DNA of 56,447 nucleotides from Rickettsia typhi (GTDB lineage Bacteria; Pseudomonadota; Alphaproteobacteria; Rickettsiales; UBA1997): NCBI GenBank assembly GCA_945878005.1, contig CAMCSJ010000001.1, positions 1 to 56,447 of the forward strand, read 5' to 3'. Shown piece by piece: positions 47,737 to 56,447 of this stretch (position 1 is its first letter; each line of letters starts with the position of its first letter). The notes under the pieces were generated by a model. It saw only the letters and a program-made list of their open reading frames with translations, ran no database searches and was not told where the DNA came from. The position numbers and the translations under genes were made by a program.

Positions 47737-49525
47737 AATTTTCAATTTTTTTGCCAATTACTTGTTTGCCCAAAGATTGATTTACTTTCTGTAAAATCAT
47801 TGGCTCAACCAAAGAAATCAACTCTTCCTTGGTAGTTTCTATTAAATTTCGATCTTTGGAATTTGCAATTAAGTCTTCTAGAATAGAAATTTTTTCAGCT
47901 ATTTGATTTCGTAAAATTTTTGATATTTCTAAATTATTATTTTTTAAATCTTTTTTGATAATATTTAAATCATGATTTGCATCGACAATCAATTGGGCAA
48001 GTAATCGATTATTAATATCTGTTTGAGAATTTTCCAGCGAATTAATTAGCATCTTTTTGATTTGTTCATCGCTTAAAGAAAAGCTTGGTTTAATAGTAAT
48101 TTTAACTTTAGATTTAGTAAATTTTTCTTCAGCACTAACCTTGAGAAGTCCATCAGCATCAAGTTCAAAGGTGATAATTACCCTAGCTATTCCTGCAATC
48201 ATTGGAGGAATATTTTTAATTTCAAATTCACCAAGCGATCGACAATCTTTGGCAAATTCACCTTCACCTTGGACAATATGCAATTTCATCGCAGTTTGAT
48301 TATCTGCATAAGTTGTAAATTCCTTAGTTTTGATAATTGGAATTGTCGAATTGCGATAAATTATTTTATCAACAATTCCGCCCATCATCTCAATTCCAAG
48401 TGATAAAGGATTAACATCAAGCAGTAAATTTTTTCTTGCTCCAGAGAGATTATAGGCTTGCCAACATGCACCAATTGCAACTACTCGATCAGGATCGATA
48501 TTAGTTAAAATCTTATCACCAAATTGATTAACTAACATTTCTTTGATTAAGGGAATTCTAGTTGATCCACCAACTAAAATTATTCCATTTAATTGATTTA
48601 TCTCTAAATCTAAATCTTCTAACAAGTTTAAACAAATATTAACTGTTTTAGTGATTTCCTCATTAATTAAATTAAAAAATTCTATTTGGGAAATTTTTAA
48701 ATCATGTTCTTGATAATATTGATTAAAGCTTAGAGATTCTTTGGCTTGTCTTGGATTTTTAAATCCATAATTTTTTAAAATTAAATCAAAATCATCTCCT
48801 CCTAATTCATTATCTCCTGCAACTCCTAAAACTTTAAAAACTCCATTGGTAATTTTTAAAATCGAGACATCAAATGTTCCACCACCTAAATCATAAACTA
48901 AATATAGTCCTTGGCTATTATTATCTAAACCATAAGAAAGTGCTGAAGCAGTAGGTTCGCTGATTAATCTTACCACTTCTAATCCAGCTAATAAAGCCGA
49001 TTGTTTGGTAGCATTTTTTGCTCCTTCGTCAAAATATGCAGGAACAGTAATCACTGCTTTATCAATTTTTTGTTGTAGATTTTCTTCGGCAATTTTTTTG
49101 AGATATTTTAAAATTTCCGCAGAAATTTCAACGATTGAAATATTTTTTTCACCAATTTTTAGTGAGATACTTTCTTGATTATCGCAATTTTGAGCTTGCG
49201 AAGGAAGATATTTTTTTTCAATAAAATGACGATCTTTAATATCGCTAAAGCTTTTACCCATCAATCTTTTAATTGAATTAATTAGATGGGAATTGTGATT
49301 TTGAAAATTAATTTGATTAGCAATTCCTAACACATTTCCCAAATCATCATATTCAACAATTGAAGGATGAATATTATTATTTTGTGAATCGCTAAATAAT
49401 TTTACCTGATCATCTATTACTGCTCCAACCAATGAGTTAGTAGTTCCAAGGTCAATTCCAATAATAATATTATTATAATTTTTTTGAGAATTATCAATTG
49501 GTTCAGCTATTTGAATTAATGCCAT
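47729..49525 (-). CDS. hscA: Fe-S cluster assembly chaperone HscA (Hsp70 type)
   Basis: IGIDLGTTNSLV, DLGGGTFDVSIL and LVGGSTRIPL are Hsp70 motifs. It lies in the isc operon directly after hscB. Confidence 0.9.
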   Translation of the reverse strand: MALIQIAEPIDNSQKNYNNIIIGIDLGTTNSLVGAVIDDQVKLFSDSQNNNIHPSIVEYDDLGNVLGIANQINFQNHNSHLINSIKRLMGKSFSDIKDRHFIEKKYLPSQAQNCDNQESISLKIGEKNISIVEISAEILKYLKKIAEENLQQKIDKAVITVPAYFDEGAKNATKQSALLAGLEVVRLISEPTASALSYGLDNNSQGLYLVYDLGGGTFDVSILKITNGVFKVLGVAGDNELGGDDFDLILKNYGFKNPRQAKESLSFNQYYQEHDLKISQIEFFNLINEEITKTVNICLNLLEDLDLEINQLNGIILVGGSTRIPLIKEMLVNQFGDKILTNIDPDRVVAIGACWQAYNLSGARKNLLLDVNPLSLGIEMMGGIVDKIIYRNSTIPIIKTKEFTTYADNQTAMKLHIVQGEGEFAKDCRSLGEFEIKNIPPMIAGIARVIITFELDADGLLKVSAEEKFTKSKVKITIKPSFSLSDEQIKKMLINSLENSQTDINNRLLAQLIVDANHDLNIIKKDLKNNNLEISKILRNQIAEKISILEDLIANSKDRNLIETTKEELISLVEPMILQKVNQSLGKQVIGKKIENFN

Positions 49526-49536
49526 ATGAAGTTTAA

Positions 49537-50028
49537 TTAAAGCAATTTTTGTTTTTTAATTTTCAAATCTTCAATTGCTTTTTTAAGATATTTTGCTTTG
49601 AGAAGATAATTAGCAGAAAGCTTGATTTGATTATCTTCATAAGCTCTTACAAAATCGATAATTAAATCATTTACGGTTTGTTTAATTTGGCGAATTAAAT
49701 TTTCAATAATAGTTTTATTTTCGAGCGAAGAAATATGTTCTTGCAATTCTAAAATCTCAGCAAGCATTGATTTATCTGGTTTAATCGCAAAATTATCATT
49801 TATTAAATCAATTTTTTCTAATTGCAAAAGATGACATCCACGAAGAAAATCATCGCTTAAAATTTTATATCCTTCATTGATATCCATCGATTTTGATATT
49901 TGATCTAAATCGCTTGATGACGAATCGGGATGAAATTTAATTTGCAATTCCAAATATTTTTGTTCAAGCGAATTAACATCAATTGCAAATTTTTTCTCAA
50001 TGTTAAATAATTTAAAAAAATTTTTCAT
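49537..50028 (-). CDS. hscB: Fe-S cluster co-chaperone HscB
   Basis: 163 aa. J-domain with HPD (LQIKFHPDSS), followed by the HscB C-terminal helical bundle. It overlaps iscA by 4 nt. Confidence 0.85.
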   Translation of the reverse strand: MKNFFKLFNIEKKFAIDVNSLEQKYLELQIKFHPDSSSSDLDQISKSMDINEGYKILSDDFLRGCHLLQLEKIDLINDNFAIKPDKSMLAEILELQEHISSLENKTIIENLIRQIKQTVNDLIIDFVRAYEDNQIKLSANYLLKAKYLKKAIEDLKIKKQKLL

Positions 50029-50450
50029 ACTTTAAAACTTTCTCCGCAACCACATCGACCTTTTTCGTTGGGATTAATAAAATCAAAGCCCGATGACAGT
50101 TCATCATTTTTAAAAATCATTTCACTGCCAATTAAAAACATCGATGCTTTGGGATCGATAAAAATTTTTATATTTTCATTTTTAGAGTTTTTACAAATTA
50201 CCAAATCATCATATTTGGTAATATTTTTTTCAAAAATTGCATATTCAATTGTATAGCTTAAACCCGAACAACCACGAGTTTTAACATTAATACGAATTCC
50301 TTCGCATGATTCATTTCTATCCTTTAATAAATCAGTAATATTATCCGCAACGATTTGTGATATTGTTAAATAATTAACAACAGGATTAGATAAATCATAA
50401 GATGTTTTATTTTCTTTAATTGTATTTTGGTTATTATTTATAACTTCCAT
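50025..50450 (-). CDS. iscA: Fe-S cluster insertion protein IscA/ErpA (A-type carrier) with a ~25-aa N-terminal extension
   Basis: GIRINVKTRGCSGLSY and the C-terminal CGCGESFKV supply the three conserved cysteines. Confidence 0.85.
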   Translation of the reverse strand: MEVINNNQNTIKENKTSYDLSNPVVNYLTISQIVADNITDLLKDRNESCEGIRINVKTRGCSGLSYTIEYAIFEKNITKYDDLVICKNSKNENIKIFIDPKASMFLIGSEMIFKNDELSSGFDFINPNEKGRCGCGESFKV

Positions 50451-50506
50451 TGATTCTTAATTTTATTATTATGATATTTTATTATCAATAATTTTATGCT
50501 ATTTTG

Positions 50507-50935
50507 TTATTCTTCAATTTTATTTTTAATTGAATCCTGTTTTAAAACTGAATCCTTATGATTTTCTTTGTAATCTTCAATCGCAGCCTTAATTGCTTCT
50601 TCGGCAAGGACCGAACAATGAATTTTTACGGGAGGAAGTGATAATTCTTCGGCAATTTGATGATTGGTAATTTTAAATGCATCTTCAAGATTTTTTCCTT
50701 TAACCCATTCACTAATTAGCGAACTTGAAGCAATTGCTGATCCACAACCAAAAGTTTTAAATTTTGCATCAATAATTGTGTTATCTTGTGGATTAACCTT
50801 GATTTGTAACTTCATGACATCGCCACAAGCTGGAGCTCCAACCAATCCCGTTCCAATATTTTCTTCATTTTTATTAAATGATCCGATATTTTTATTTTCT
50901 TCGTAATGTTCTAAAACTTTATTTGAATAAGCCAT
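50507..50935 (-). CDS. iscU: Fe-S cluster assembly scaffold IscU
   Basis: GAPACGDVMKL, FKTFGCGSAIASSS and the LPPVKIHCS motif (HscA-binding LPPVK plus the third Cys). Confidence 0.95.
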   Translation of the reverse strand: MAYSNKVLEHYEENKNIGSFNKNEENIGTGLVGAPACGDVMKLQIKVNPQDNTIIDAKFKTFGCGSAIASSSLISEWVKGKNLEDAFKITNHQIAEELSLPPVKIHCSVLAEEAIKAAIEDYKENHKDSVLKQDSIKNKIEE

Positions 50936-50972
50936 AATTTCTCCTTTTTGTTAAAATATTTTAATTTTTAAA

Positions 50973-52190
50973 TTAATGTGTTTTCCATTTGATTGATTTT
51001 AAATCTATTCCTTCTTGCATCATCTCCCATAAAGGACTCATTTCTCTTAAGCGATTTACTTTTTCACCAATGAGCTTGATTGCAAAATCAATTTCTTCTT
51101 CGGTGGTAAATCTTCCAAAACCAAATCTTATCGAAGTATGAGCTAAATCTTCTTCAACTCCAATGGCATGTAAAACATAAGATGGTTCAAGTGATGCGGA
51201 AGTGCAAGCCGAACCAGATGACACAGCTAAATCTTTAATTGCCATGATCATTGATTCACCTTCAATTCCTGCAAATGATAAATTTAAATTTCCGCAATAT
51301 CGATTAATCGAATCGCCATTGAGATAGATGTGAGAAAGTTTAGCAAGTTCTTGGTAAAATTTATCGCTAAGTTTTTTGATATGATCATGATCTTTTTTCA
51401 TTTCATTTTTAGCAATTTCACTAGCTAATCCAAGTCCAATTGCTAAGCTAGTTGGAATAGTTCCGCAACGAATTCCTCTTTCTTGTCCTCCACCACTAAA
51501 AAGCGGTTTAATTCTTACGCGAGGTTTGCGTCTAATATAAATTGCACCAATTCCCTTAGGAGCATAAATTTTATGTCCCGAAATACTCATTAAATCAAGA
51601 TTTAAATCATTAACATCTAACTCAATTTTACCAAATGCTTGAGCGCAATCACTGTGAAAAAAAACTCCCATTTTTCGACATAAATTTCCGATTTCTTTAA
51701 GAGGTTGAATAACTCCAATTTCATTGTTAACAGCCATTATTGAAACTAAACAAGTTTTATTGGTTATTGCTGATTCTAATTGATTAAGATCAATTATCCC
51801 ATTTTTTTGAACAGGAAGAAATGTTGAAGTAAAACCTTCTTGCTCTAGATCACGAACTGAATTTATTACGCATTTATGTTCAGTTGCAACGGTAATGATA
51901 TGATTTTTACCAGTATTTTTATAAAAATTTGCAACTCCTTTAATCGCAATATTGTTTGATTCAGTTGCACCCGAAGTGAAGAAAATTTCTTTAGGATCAG
52001 CATTAATCAATTGGGCAATTTGATTTCGAGCAATTTCAACTTTTTCTTCGGCAATCCATCCAAAACTATGAGTTCGCGAATGAGGATTTCCAAAATCTTC
52101 AATTAATGAATCACTAACTGCTTTCGCAACCCTTGGATCGACTGGAGTTGTTGATTGATAATCGAGATAAATTGGTAATTTAATAGTCAT
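50973..52190 (-). CDS. iscS: Cysteine desulfurase IscS (start moved to ATG 52190)
   Basis: [24 protein letters not shown]-lysine [12 protein letters not shown], the catalytic loop [16 protein letters not shown] and SPLWEM. The ATG at 52190 overlaps the upstream desulfurase stop by 11 nt. Confidence 0.9.
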   Translation of the reverse strand: MTIKLPIYLDYQSTTPVDPRVAKAVSDSLIEDFGNPHSRTHSFGWIAEEKVEIARNQIAQLINADPKEIFFTSGATESNNIAIKGVANFYKNTGKNHIITVATEHKCVINSVRDLEQEGFTSTFLPVQKNGIIDLNQLESAITNKTCLVSIMAVNNEIGVIQPLKEIGNLCRKMGVFFHSDCAQAFGKIELDVNDLNLDLMSISGHKIYAPKGIGAIYIRRKPRVRIKPLFSGGGQERGIRCGTIPTSLAIGLGLASEIAKNEMKKDHDHIKKLSDKFYQELAKLSHIYLNGDSINRYCGNLNLSFAGIEGESMIMAIKDLAVSSGSACTSASLEPSYVLHAIGVEEDLAHTSIRFGFGRFTTEEEIDFAIKLIGEKVNRLREMSPLWEMMQEGIDLKSIKWKTH

Positions 52191-53301
52191 ATTTTTTGTT
52201 AAATTTTTTTTGATAAAAATTATTCCAGACATTGATAAATTTATCAATATCAGATTTAGTTGTTTGGAAACCTAAGCTTATTCGAATAGTGCTATTTAAA
52301 AAATCAGATTCAAGACCTAAGGCTTTGGCAATTCTTGATTGATTAAGAGTTTTGGAAGAACAAGCTGATCCTGCACTTACACATATTTGGTGTAAATCAA
52401 AATTAATTAATTGAGTTTGTGAATCAACATTTCTTAGAGCAATTAAACTCGTATTAGCAAGTCTTGGAACATCTTCGCTAATTATTTTTAAATTATCATT
52501 AGCAATTTCTTTAAGTGATTTTTCTAAATAATTGCGAAGATTTGCAATTTTAGTAAATTCATTTAATCTTTGCGAAGCTAAATCACAAGCTTCTCCAAAT
52601 CCAACGATCGATGCAACGCTCATGGTTCCAGCTCGTTTTCCAAATTGTTGTTTTCCACCATAAATTAACGGATTAATTTCTAAACCTTTTCTAACTAATA
52701 ACGCACCAATTCCTTGAGGACCATAGATTTTATGAGCTGAAATACAAGCAAAATCAACATTAAGATCTTCCAAATCTACAGCAATTTTTCCAACTCCTTG
52801 AACGATATCGCAAAAAATTAATCCTAGATTTTGATGGGTAATTTTAGCAATTTCTTTGATATTTTGAATTGCTCCCGTTTCATTATTAGCAAGCATTGCA
52901 CAGCTAAGAAAGTTTTTTTGATTAAATAATTTTTTTGATAAATCATCAAGATTAATTAAGCCATTTTCAAGGCAATTAAATTCACTAATTTTTTGGTTAT
53001 TAGGTTTGCAATTATATATGCAGGAATGTTCAATTGATGAATAAAAAAGTTGATCAAATGAATTATTCATTAGAACTTGATTACAAGATTCGGTTGCTCC
53101 ACTGGTAAAAATTACCTGATAATTATGTCCATTTACCAAATTTTTTAAACTTAATGAAGCTTTATTTATCAAGCTTTCAGCTTCAACTCCTAAATGATGA
53201 AACGCTGAATTATTGTAAGGTTTTTTGTAAATTTCGATCATCGAATTTAAAACTCGTAAATCAAGATTAGTCGTTGAATTGTAATCAAGAAAAATTGTCA
53301 T
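52180..53301 (-). CDS. Second class-V aminotransferase / NifS-like cysteine desulfurase
   Basis: [12 protein letters not shown]-lysine [12 protein letters not shown] and the catalytic loop SAGSACSS. It is a tandem paralogue upstream of iscS, as in Rickettsia-type isc loci. Confidence 0.85.
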   Translation of the reverse strand: MTIFLDYNSTTNLDLRVLNSMIEIYKKPYNNSAFHHLGVEAESLINKASLSLKNLVNGHNYQVIFTSGATESCNQVLMNNSFDQLFYSSIEHSCIYNCKPNNQKISEFNCLENGLINLDDLSKKLFNQKNFLSCAMLANNETGAIQNIKEIAKITHQNLGLIFCDIVQGVGKIAVDLEDLNVDFACISAHKIYGPQGIGALLVRKGLEINPLIYGGKQQFGKRAGTMSVASIVGFGEACDLASQRLNEFTKIANLRNYLEKSLKEIANDNLKIISEDVPRLANTSLIALRNVDSQTQLINFDLHQICVSAGSACSSKTLNQSRIAKALGLESDFLNSTIRISLGFQTTKSDIDKFINVWNNFYQKKFNKKYDY

Positions 53302-53699
53302 AAATCTTGCAATGAAATGGAGTCAAGATAGTCATAAATTTTATTTTCTAGACCTTGCCAAAGGTGATGAGTTTTACATTTTGTCTTAGAAGATAGAGAA
53401 TCACAAGCTTTGGAACTAGTTGTACAACGAGTCATTTTAATAGGTTCACCGATTGCTTTGATAATTGTTGCAATCGAAATTTCATGAGGATTTTTGTTGA
53501 GAAGATATCCCCCTTTAGGACCTTTAATCGATTGAACTAAATTTGATTTTTTTAGTTTTGCAAAAATTTGCTCAAGATAAAATAACGAAATATCTTGTTT
53601 TTTGGCAATTTGCGATAAGGTAATTGGGCTAGTATTTTTATGGGAAGCTAATTCTATAATTGCCATTACAGCATATCTTGCTTTTGCAGTTAAAATCAT
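53298..53699 (-). CDS. iscR: Rrf2-family transcriptional regulator IscR
   Basis: 133 aa. Winged HTH ARYAVMAIIELA...ISLFYLEQIFAKLKKSNLV.S.KGPKGGY and a Cys cluster CTTSSKACDSLSSKTKCKTH. It is the first gene of the isc operon. Confidence 0.85.
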   Translation of the reverse strand: MILTAKARYAVMAIIELASHKNTSPITLSQIAKKQDISLFYLEQIFAKLKKSNLVQSIKGPKGGYLLNKNPHEISIATIIKAIGEPIKMTRCTTSSKACDSLSSKTKCKTHHLWQGLENKIYDYLDSISLQDL

Positions 53700-53801
53700 T
53701 TTTAAAAATATAAAAAATTAACTAAATATTTAAGATAATTTCTAAGAAATTAACATCTTAAATTTAATTTTTAGAAATAAACTAAACTTGCGAGATTTTA
53801 A

Positions 53802-53826
53802 TTAACCAACTAAATTAGTCAACTAT
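53802..53826. promoter_or_regulatory. Candidate IscR type-1 operator upstream of iscR
   Basis: TTAACCAACTAAATTAGTCAACTAT matches the E. coli type-1 consensus as I recall it (ATASYYGACTRWWWYAGTCRRSTAT) at 22 of 25 positions. It has a near-palindromic core ACTAAATTAGT and lies 103-127 nt upstream of the iscR ATG. Confidence 0.4.
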
Positions 53827-54192
53827 TAAATTTATGTTATCAGTGCTTGATTTTAAATAACTTAAATGTTAAAATTAAGTGAAAATTTTAGATAATTTAC
53901 GGTAGCTTGCCTGATTTTATTGGTTTAAACATAGTTTGTGAAGTAATTTCTAAAAATAATTTTATCAATTTATTGTTAAAATATTTTCACTAAAATTTTA
54001 AAATAAACCAATCTTTAAAATGAAAAAATATCGTTGAGATATTTTGTTTAACAATTAACCATAGATGATTTATAAATAAAGATAAAATATTTATAAATCT
54101 TAAAAAATAACAAGAATAATTAACAATTAATATAAATCCAAATTTATTATTAACTATATTTTTCTTGTTTCTAGGGTTTTTCCCAAAAATAT

Positions 54193-55914
54193 ATGACAAA
54201 CAAAAATAACGAAAATCCAAAAAATATTGAATCAGAAAATCACTTCGTTGACGAAGATTTTTCTAAATTATTTGAGGAATATGAAAAGGACACCCAACAA
54301 TTAGTTGAAGGTGGAGTTGTAAAAGGTGTAGTAGTCGGAATTTCTGATAAAGGTGTTGCAGTTGATATCGGTGCTAAATCGGTTGGATTTATTGATATCA
54401 TGGAATTTAAAAGAGATGGTGAAATTGAAGAAGGTGATGTGGTGGATGTTTTCCTTGAGCGTTTAGAAAATAAAAAAGGTGAATTAATCATTAGTCGTGA
54501 TAATGCTAGAAGATTCAATAATTGGCATTTCCTAAAAAATTGTTTAGAAGATAAAACCATTATTGAAGGTAAAATTATTGGTCGAGTGAAAGGTGGATAT
54601 GCTGTTGATATTAATGCAATAATTTGTTTTTTACCAAGAAGTCAAGTTGATACCATGCTTCTAGCTGATGATAGTTTTTTAATTAACAAGTTTGAAAAAC
54701 TTCAAGTTCTAAAAATTGATGAAGTTCGCGGGAATATCGTAGTATCAAGAAGAGCAGTTCTTGAAAGCCAAAGAAATATCGAGAAAGATAAAGTTTTATC
54801 GACAATTAAAGTTGGAGATGCAATTGATGGTATTGTTAAAAACATTACTGATTACGGAGCATTCGTTGATTTCGGTAGTTTCGATGGTCTTCTTCATTTA
54901 ACCGATATTTCTTGGTGCAGAATTAAGCATCCATCTGAAATGTTGAAAATTGGTCAAGAAGTAAAAGTTCAAGTTATCAAATATGATGAAGCTACTAAAA
55001 GAGTTTCACTAGGAATGAAACAGCTTCAACAAAACCCTTGGGAATCAATTGCTCAAAGATATAATGTTGGATCAACTCTTAAAGGAAAAGTTACCAACAT
55101 CACTAGCTATGGAGCATTTGTAGAAATAGAGCAGGGCATTGAAGGTCTAGTGCATGTTTCGGAAATGAGCTGGTTAAAAAATAATTCTAGTCCAAATAAA
55201 TTCATTAATGTTGGACAAGAAGTTGAAGTTATGGTTCTTGATGTTAATTCACAAAATCATCGTATTTCTCTAGGTATGAAGCAATGTGAGAAAAATCCAT
55301 GGCAAGCATTTTCTGAAAAAAATAAAGTTGGAGATGTTGTTCAAGGAGTAATCAAAAACTTTACTGAATTCGGTTTATTCGTTGGATTTGATAGCGGAGT
55401 TGATGGATTAGTCCATGTCTCTGATATCTCAAATGATGGAATAAATGAAGAGGTTCAGAAAAAATTCAAAGCTGGGGAAAAAATTAACGTCATGGTTTTG
55501 GGTAGTAATTACGAGAAAGAACGAATTTCACTAGGCATTAGACAGCTTGATAATCCTAACTTCCAAGCTGAACTTGATAAGGTTGTTGAAGGAACAGTAG
55601 TTTCTTGTGCAATTATTGGCGTTAAAAAAGATTTCTTAGAAGTTGAGCTTGATTCAGGGCTTAAAGCTATAATCAAAAGATTAGATCTTTCTAAAAATAA
55701 GCAAGATCAAAAAACTGAAAAATATGAATCAGGAGATCGTCTTGAAGCCAAAGTGGTAATGTTTAATAAAATTAGTGGTAAATTACTTTTATCAATTAAA
55801 GATATGGAAATTGAAGAGCAAGAAGCTCATATTTATTCTGAAGCAACTAGCGGAACTACCATTGGTAATATCGCTGGAGATGTTTTAGAATCATTTAAAA
55901 ATCAAGAAAAATAA
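54193..55914 (+). CDS. rpsA: 30S ribosomal protein S1
   Basis: 573 aa containing six S1/OB repeats with recurring G.V....D.GAFVD/LHVSE motifs (DYGAFVDFG, SYGAFVEIEQGIEGLVHVSE, EFGLFVGFDSGVDGLVHVSD). Confidence 0.95.
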   Translation: MTNKNNENPKNIESENHFVDEDFSKLFEEYEKDTQQLVEGGVVKGVVVGISDKGVAVDIGAKSVGFIDIMEFKRDGEIEEGDVVDVFLERLENKKGELIISRDNARRFNNWHFLKNCLEDKTIIEGKIIGRVKGGYAVDINAIICFLPRSQVDTMLLADDSFLINKFEKLQVLKIDEVRGNIVVSRRAVLESQRNIEKDKVLSTIKVGDAIDGIVKNITDYGAFVDFGSFDGLLHLTDISWCRIKHPSEMLKIGQEVKVQVIKYDEATKRVSLGMKQLQQNPWESIAQRYNVGSTLKGKVTNITSYGAFVEIEQGIEGLVHVSEMSWLKNNSSPNKFINVGQEVEVMVLDVNSQNHRISLGMKQCEKNPWQAFSEKNKVGDVVQGVIKNFTEFGLFVGFDSGVDGLVHVSDISNDGINEEVQKKFKAGEKINVMVLGSNYEKERISLGIRQLDNPNFQAELDKVVEGTVVSCAIIGVKKDFLEVELDSGLKAIIKRLDLSKNKQDQKTEKYESGDRLEAKVVMFNKISGKLLLSIKDMEIEEQEAHIYSEATSGTTIGNIAGDVLESFKNQEK

Positions 55915-55923
55915 TTTATCATT

Positions 55924-56447
55924 ATGAATTTTTCAGATAATTTAGCAGCATTAGTTTATTTTAAAAATAAAGTTCATAAGTGGAAAAACATCGCAGTTTT
56001 ACTAGGTGTTTTTTCACTTTTACTTACTTTAAAATTGCTTTTTGGTATTGATCTTTCAAGCAATGTAATCGATGGAGATTATATTGCTTCAATTAAAATT
56101 GAAGGAGCAATTTTTAACGATGAATATCGTACTAAAATTCTCGAAGATCTTGCTAATGATAATAATGCCAAAGCTGTTATTGTAAATATTGACAGCCCAG
56201 GTGGTGAAATTGTTGGAAGCGAGATATTATACAATAATCTTAGAGCGATTAATCAAAAAAAACCAATCGCAGTTTTAATGTATTCCGCTGGAGCATCGGG
56301 AGCATATATGGCATCATTAGCAAGTGATTTTATTGTTGTTCATAATGGAACTCTTACGGGATCGATTGGTGTTCTTATGGAATCTCCTGAATTTACAGAT
56401 CTTGCCAACAAGGTTGGAGTTAAATTTAATATTTACAAATCTTCTCC
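55924..56447 (+). CDS. sppA: Signal peptide peptidase SppA (36K type), 5' part; runs off the window
   Basis: N-terminal TM (IAVLLGVFSLLLTLKLLF), then IKIEGAI, AVIVNIDSPGGEIVGSE, AGASGAYMAS and GSIGVL, which are ClpP/crotonase-type SppA motifs. The frame is still open at the window end. Confidence 0.85.
   Translation, partial: MNFSDNLAALVYFKNKVHKWKNIAVLLGVFSLLLTLKLLFGIDLSSNVIDGDYIASIKIEGAIFNDEYRTKILEDLANDNNAKAVIVNIDSPGGEIVGSEILYNNLRAINQKKPIAVLMYSAGASGAYMASLASDFIVVHNGTLTGSIGVLMESPEFTDLANKVGVKFNIYKSS

Noticed and set aside
53990-54220. 76-aa minus-strand ORF in the iscR-rpsA intergenic region, and a 106-aa ORF (54240-54560) antisense to rpsA.
   Set aside because: The first overlaps the rpsA start and translates to F/I/N/K-rich low complexity typical of AT-rich non-coding DNA. 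The second is a shadow of rpsA.
1-56447. CRISPR arrays, IS elements, rRNA genes, toxin-antitoxin or restriction-modification/defence cassettes.
   Set aside because: None found. The only tandem repeats are short in-frame coding repeats and a 22-nt duplication. No regularly spaced repeat-spacer structure, and no nuclease, methylase or transposase motifs, were seen in any ORF.

Overview
This 56.4-kb window comes from a very AT-rich genome (roughly 30% G+C by eye, not computed). All calls rest on motif recognition in the supplied translations and on reading the DNA; no database search was possible.

Gene content and synteny point to an alphaproteobacterial obligate symbiont or intracellular bacterium of the Rickettsiales/Holosporales type. 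The supporting genes are trmFO, a DUF4164(ZauP-like)-zapA-MTHFS block, sdhE, a Cox11-like gene, iscR-nifS-iscS-iscU-iscA-hscB-hscA, a VirD4-type type IV coupling protein, and mraZ-rsmH-ftsL.

About three quarters of the window is a compact housekeeping backbone:
- hup, argJ, trpBA, pdxH, cyaY, leuB, ftsK, tolQ, queC
- aroE, recN, argS, an MsbA-like exporter, trmFO, uvrD
- the isc operon, rpsA, sppA, and two tRNA-Val genes

I saw no transposases, integrases, phage genes, rRNA or CRISPR arrays.

The remaining quarter (about 15 kb) is six orphan ORFs with no family I can recognise:
- A 2,229-aa single-TM giant whose pre-TM 1,400 aa are packed with N-x-S/T sequons, Cys and Ser/Thr-rich tandem repeats.
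- A 1,297-aa protein with ankyrin-like and RNI-type leucine-rich repeats.
- A 372-aa protein with a 45%-GC, presequence-like, Pro/Ser/Arg-rich N-terminus and an Arg-containing C-terminal tail. It lies 1.25 kb from virD4.
- A secreted 8-Cys protein with a Q/N/P-rich tail.
- An orphan sitting where tolR should follow tolQ.
- A helical 354-aa orphan next to a tRNA.

My main hypothesis is that these form a dispersed repertoire of host-interaction proteins (T4SS effectors or surface proteins) with eukaryote-like features. Secondary observations are:
- an alpha-carbonic-anhydrase homologue with two of three zinc ligands replaced
- a trpBA-only (indole salvage-like) module
- a 10-bp-periodic candidate MraZ operator
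- a candidate IscR box
- a dcw cluster cut off after ftsL
- virD4 detached from virB genes and abutting aroE
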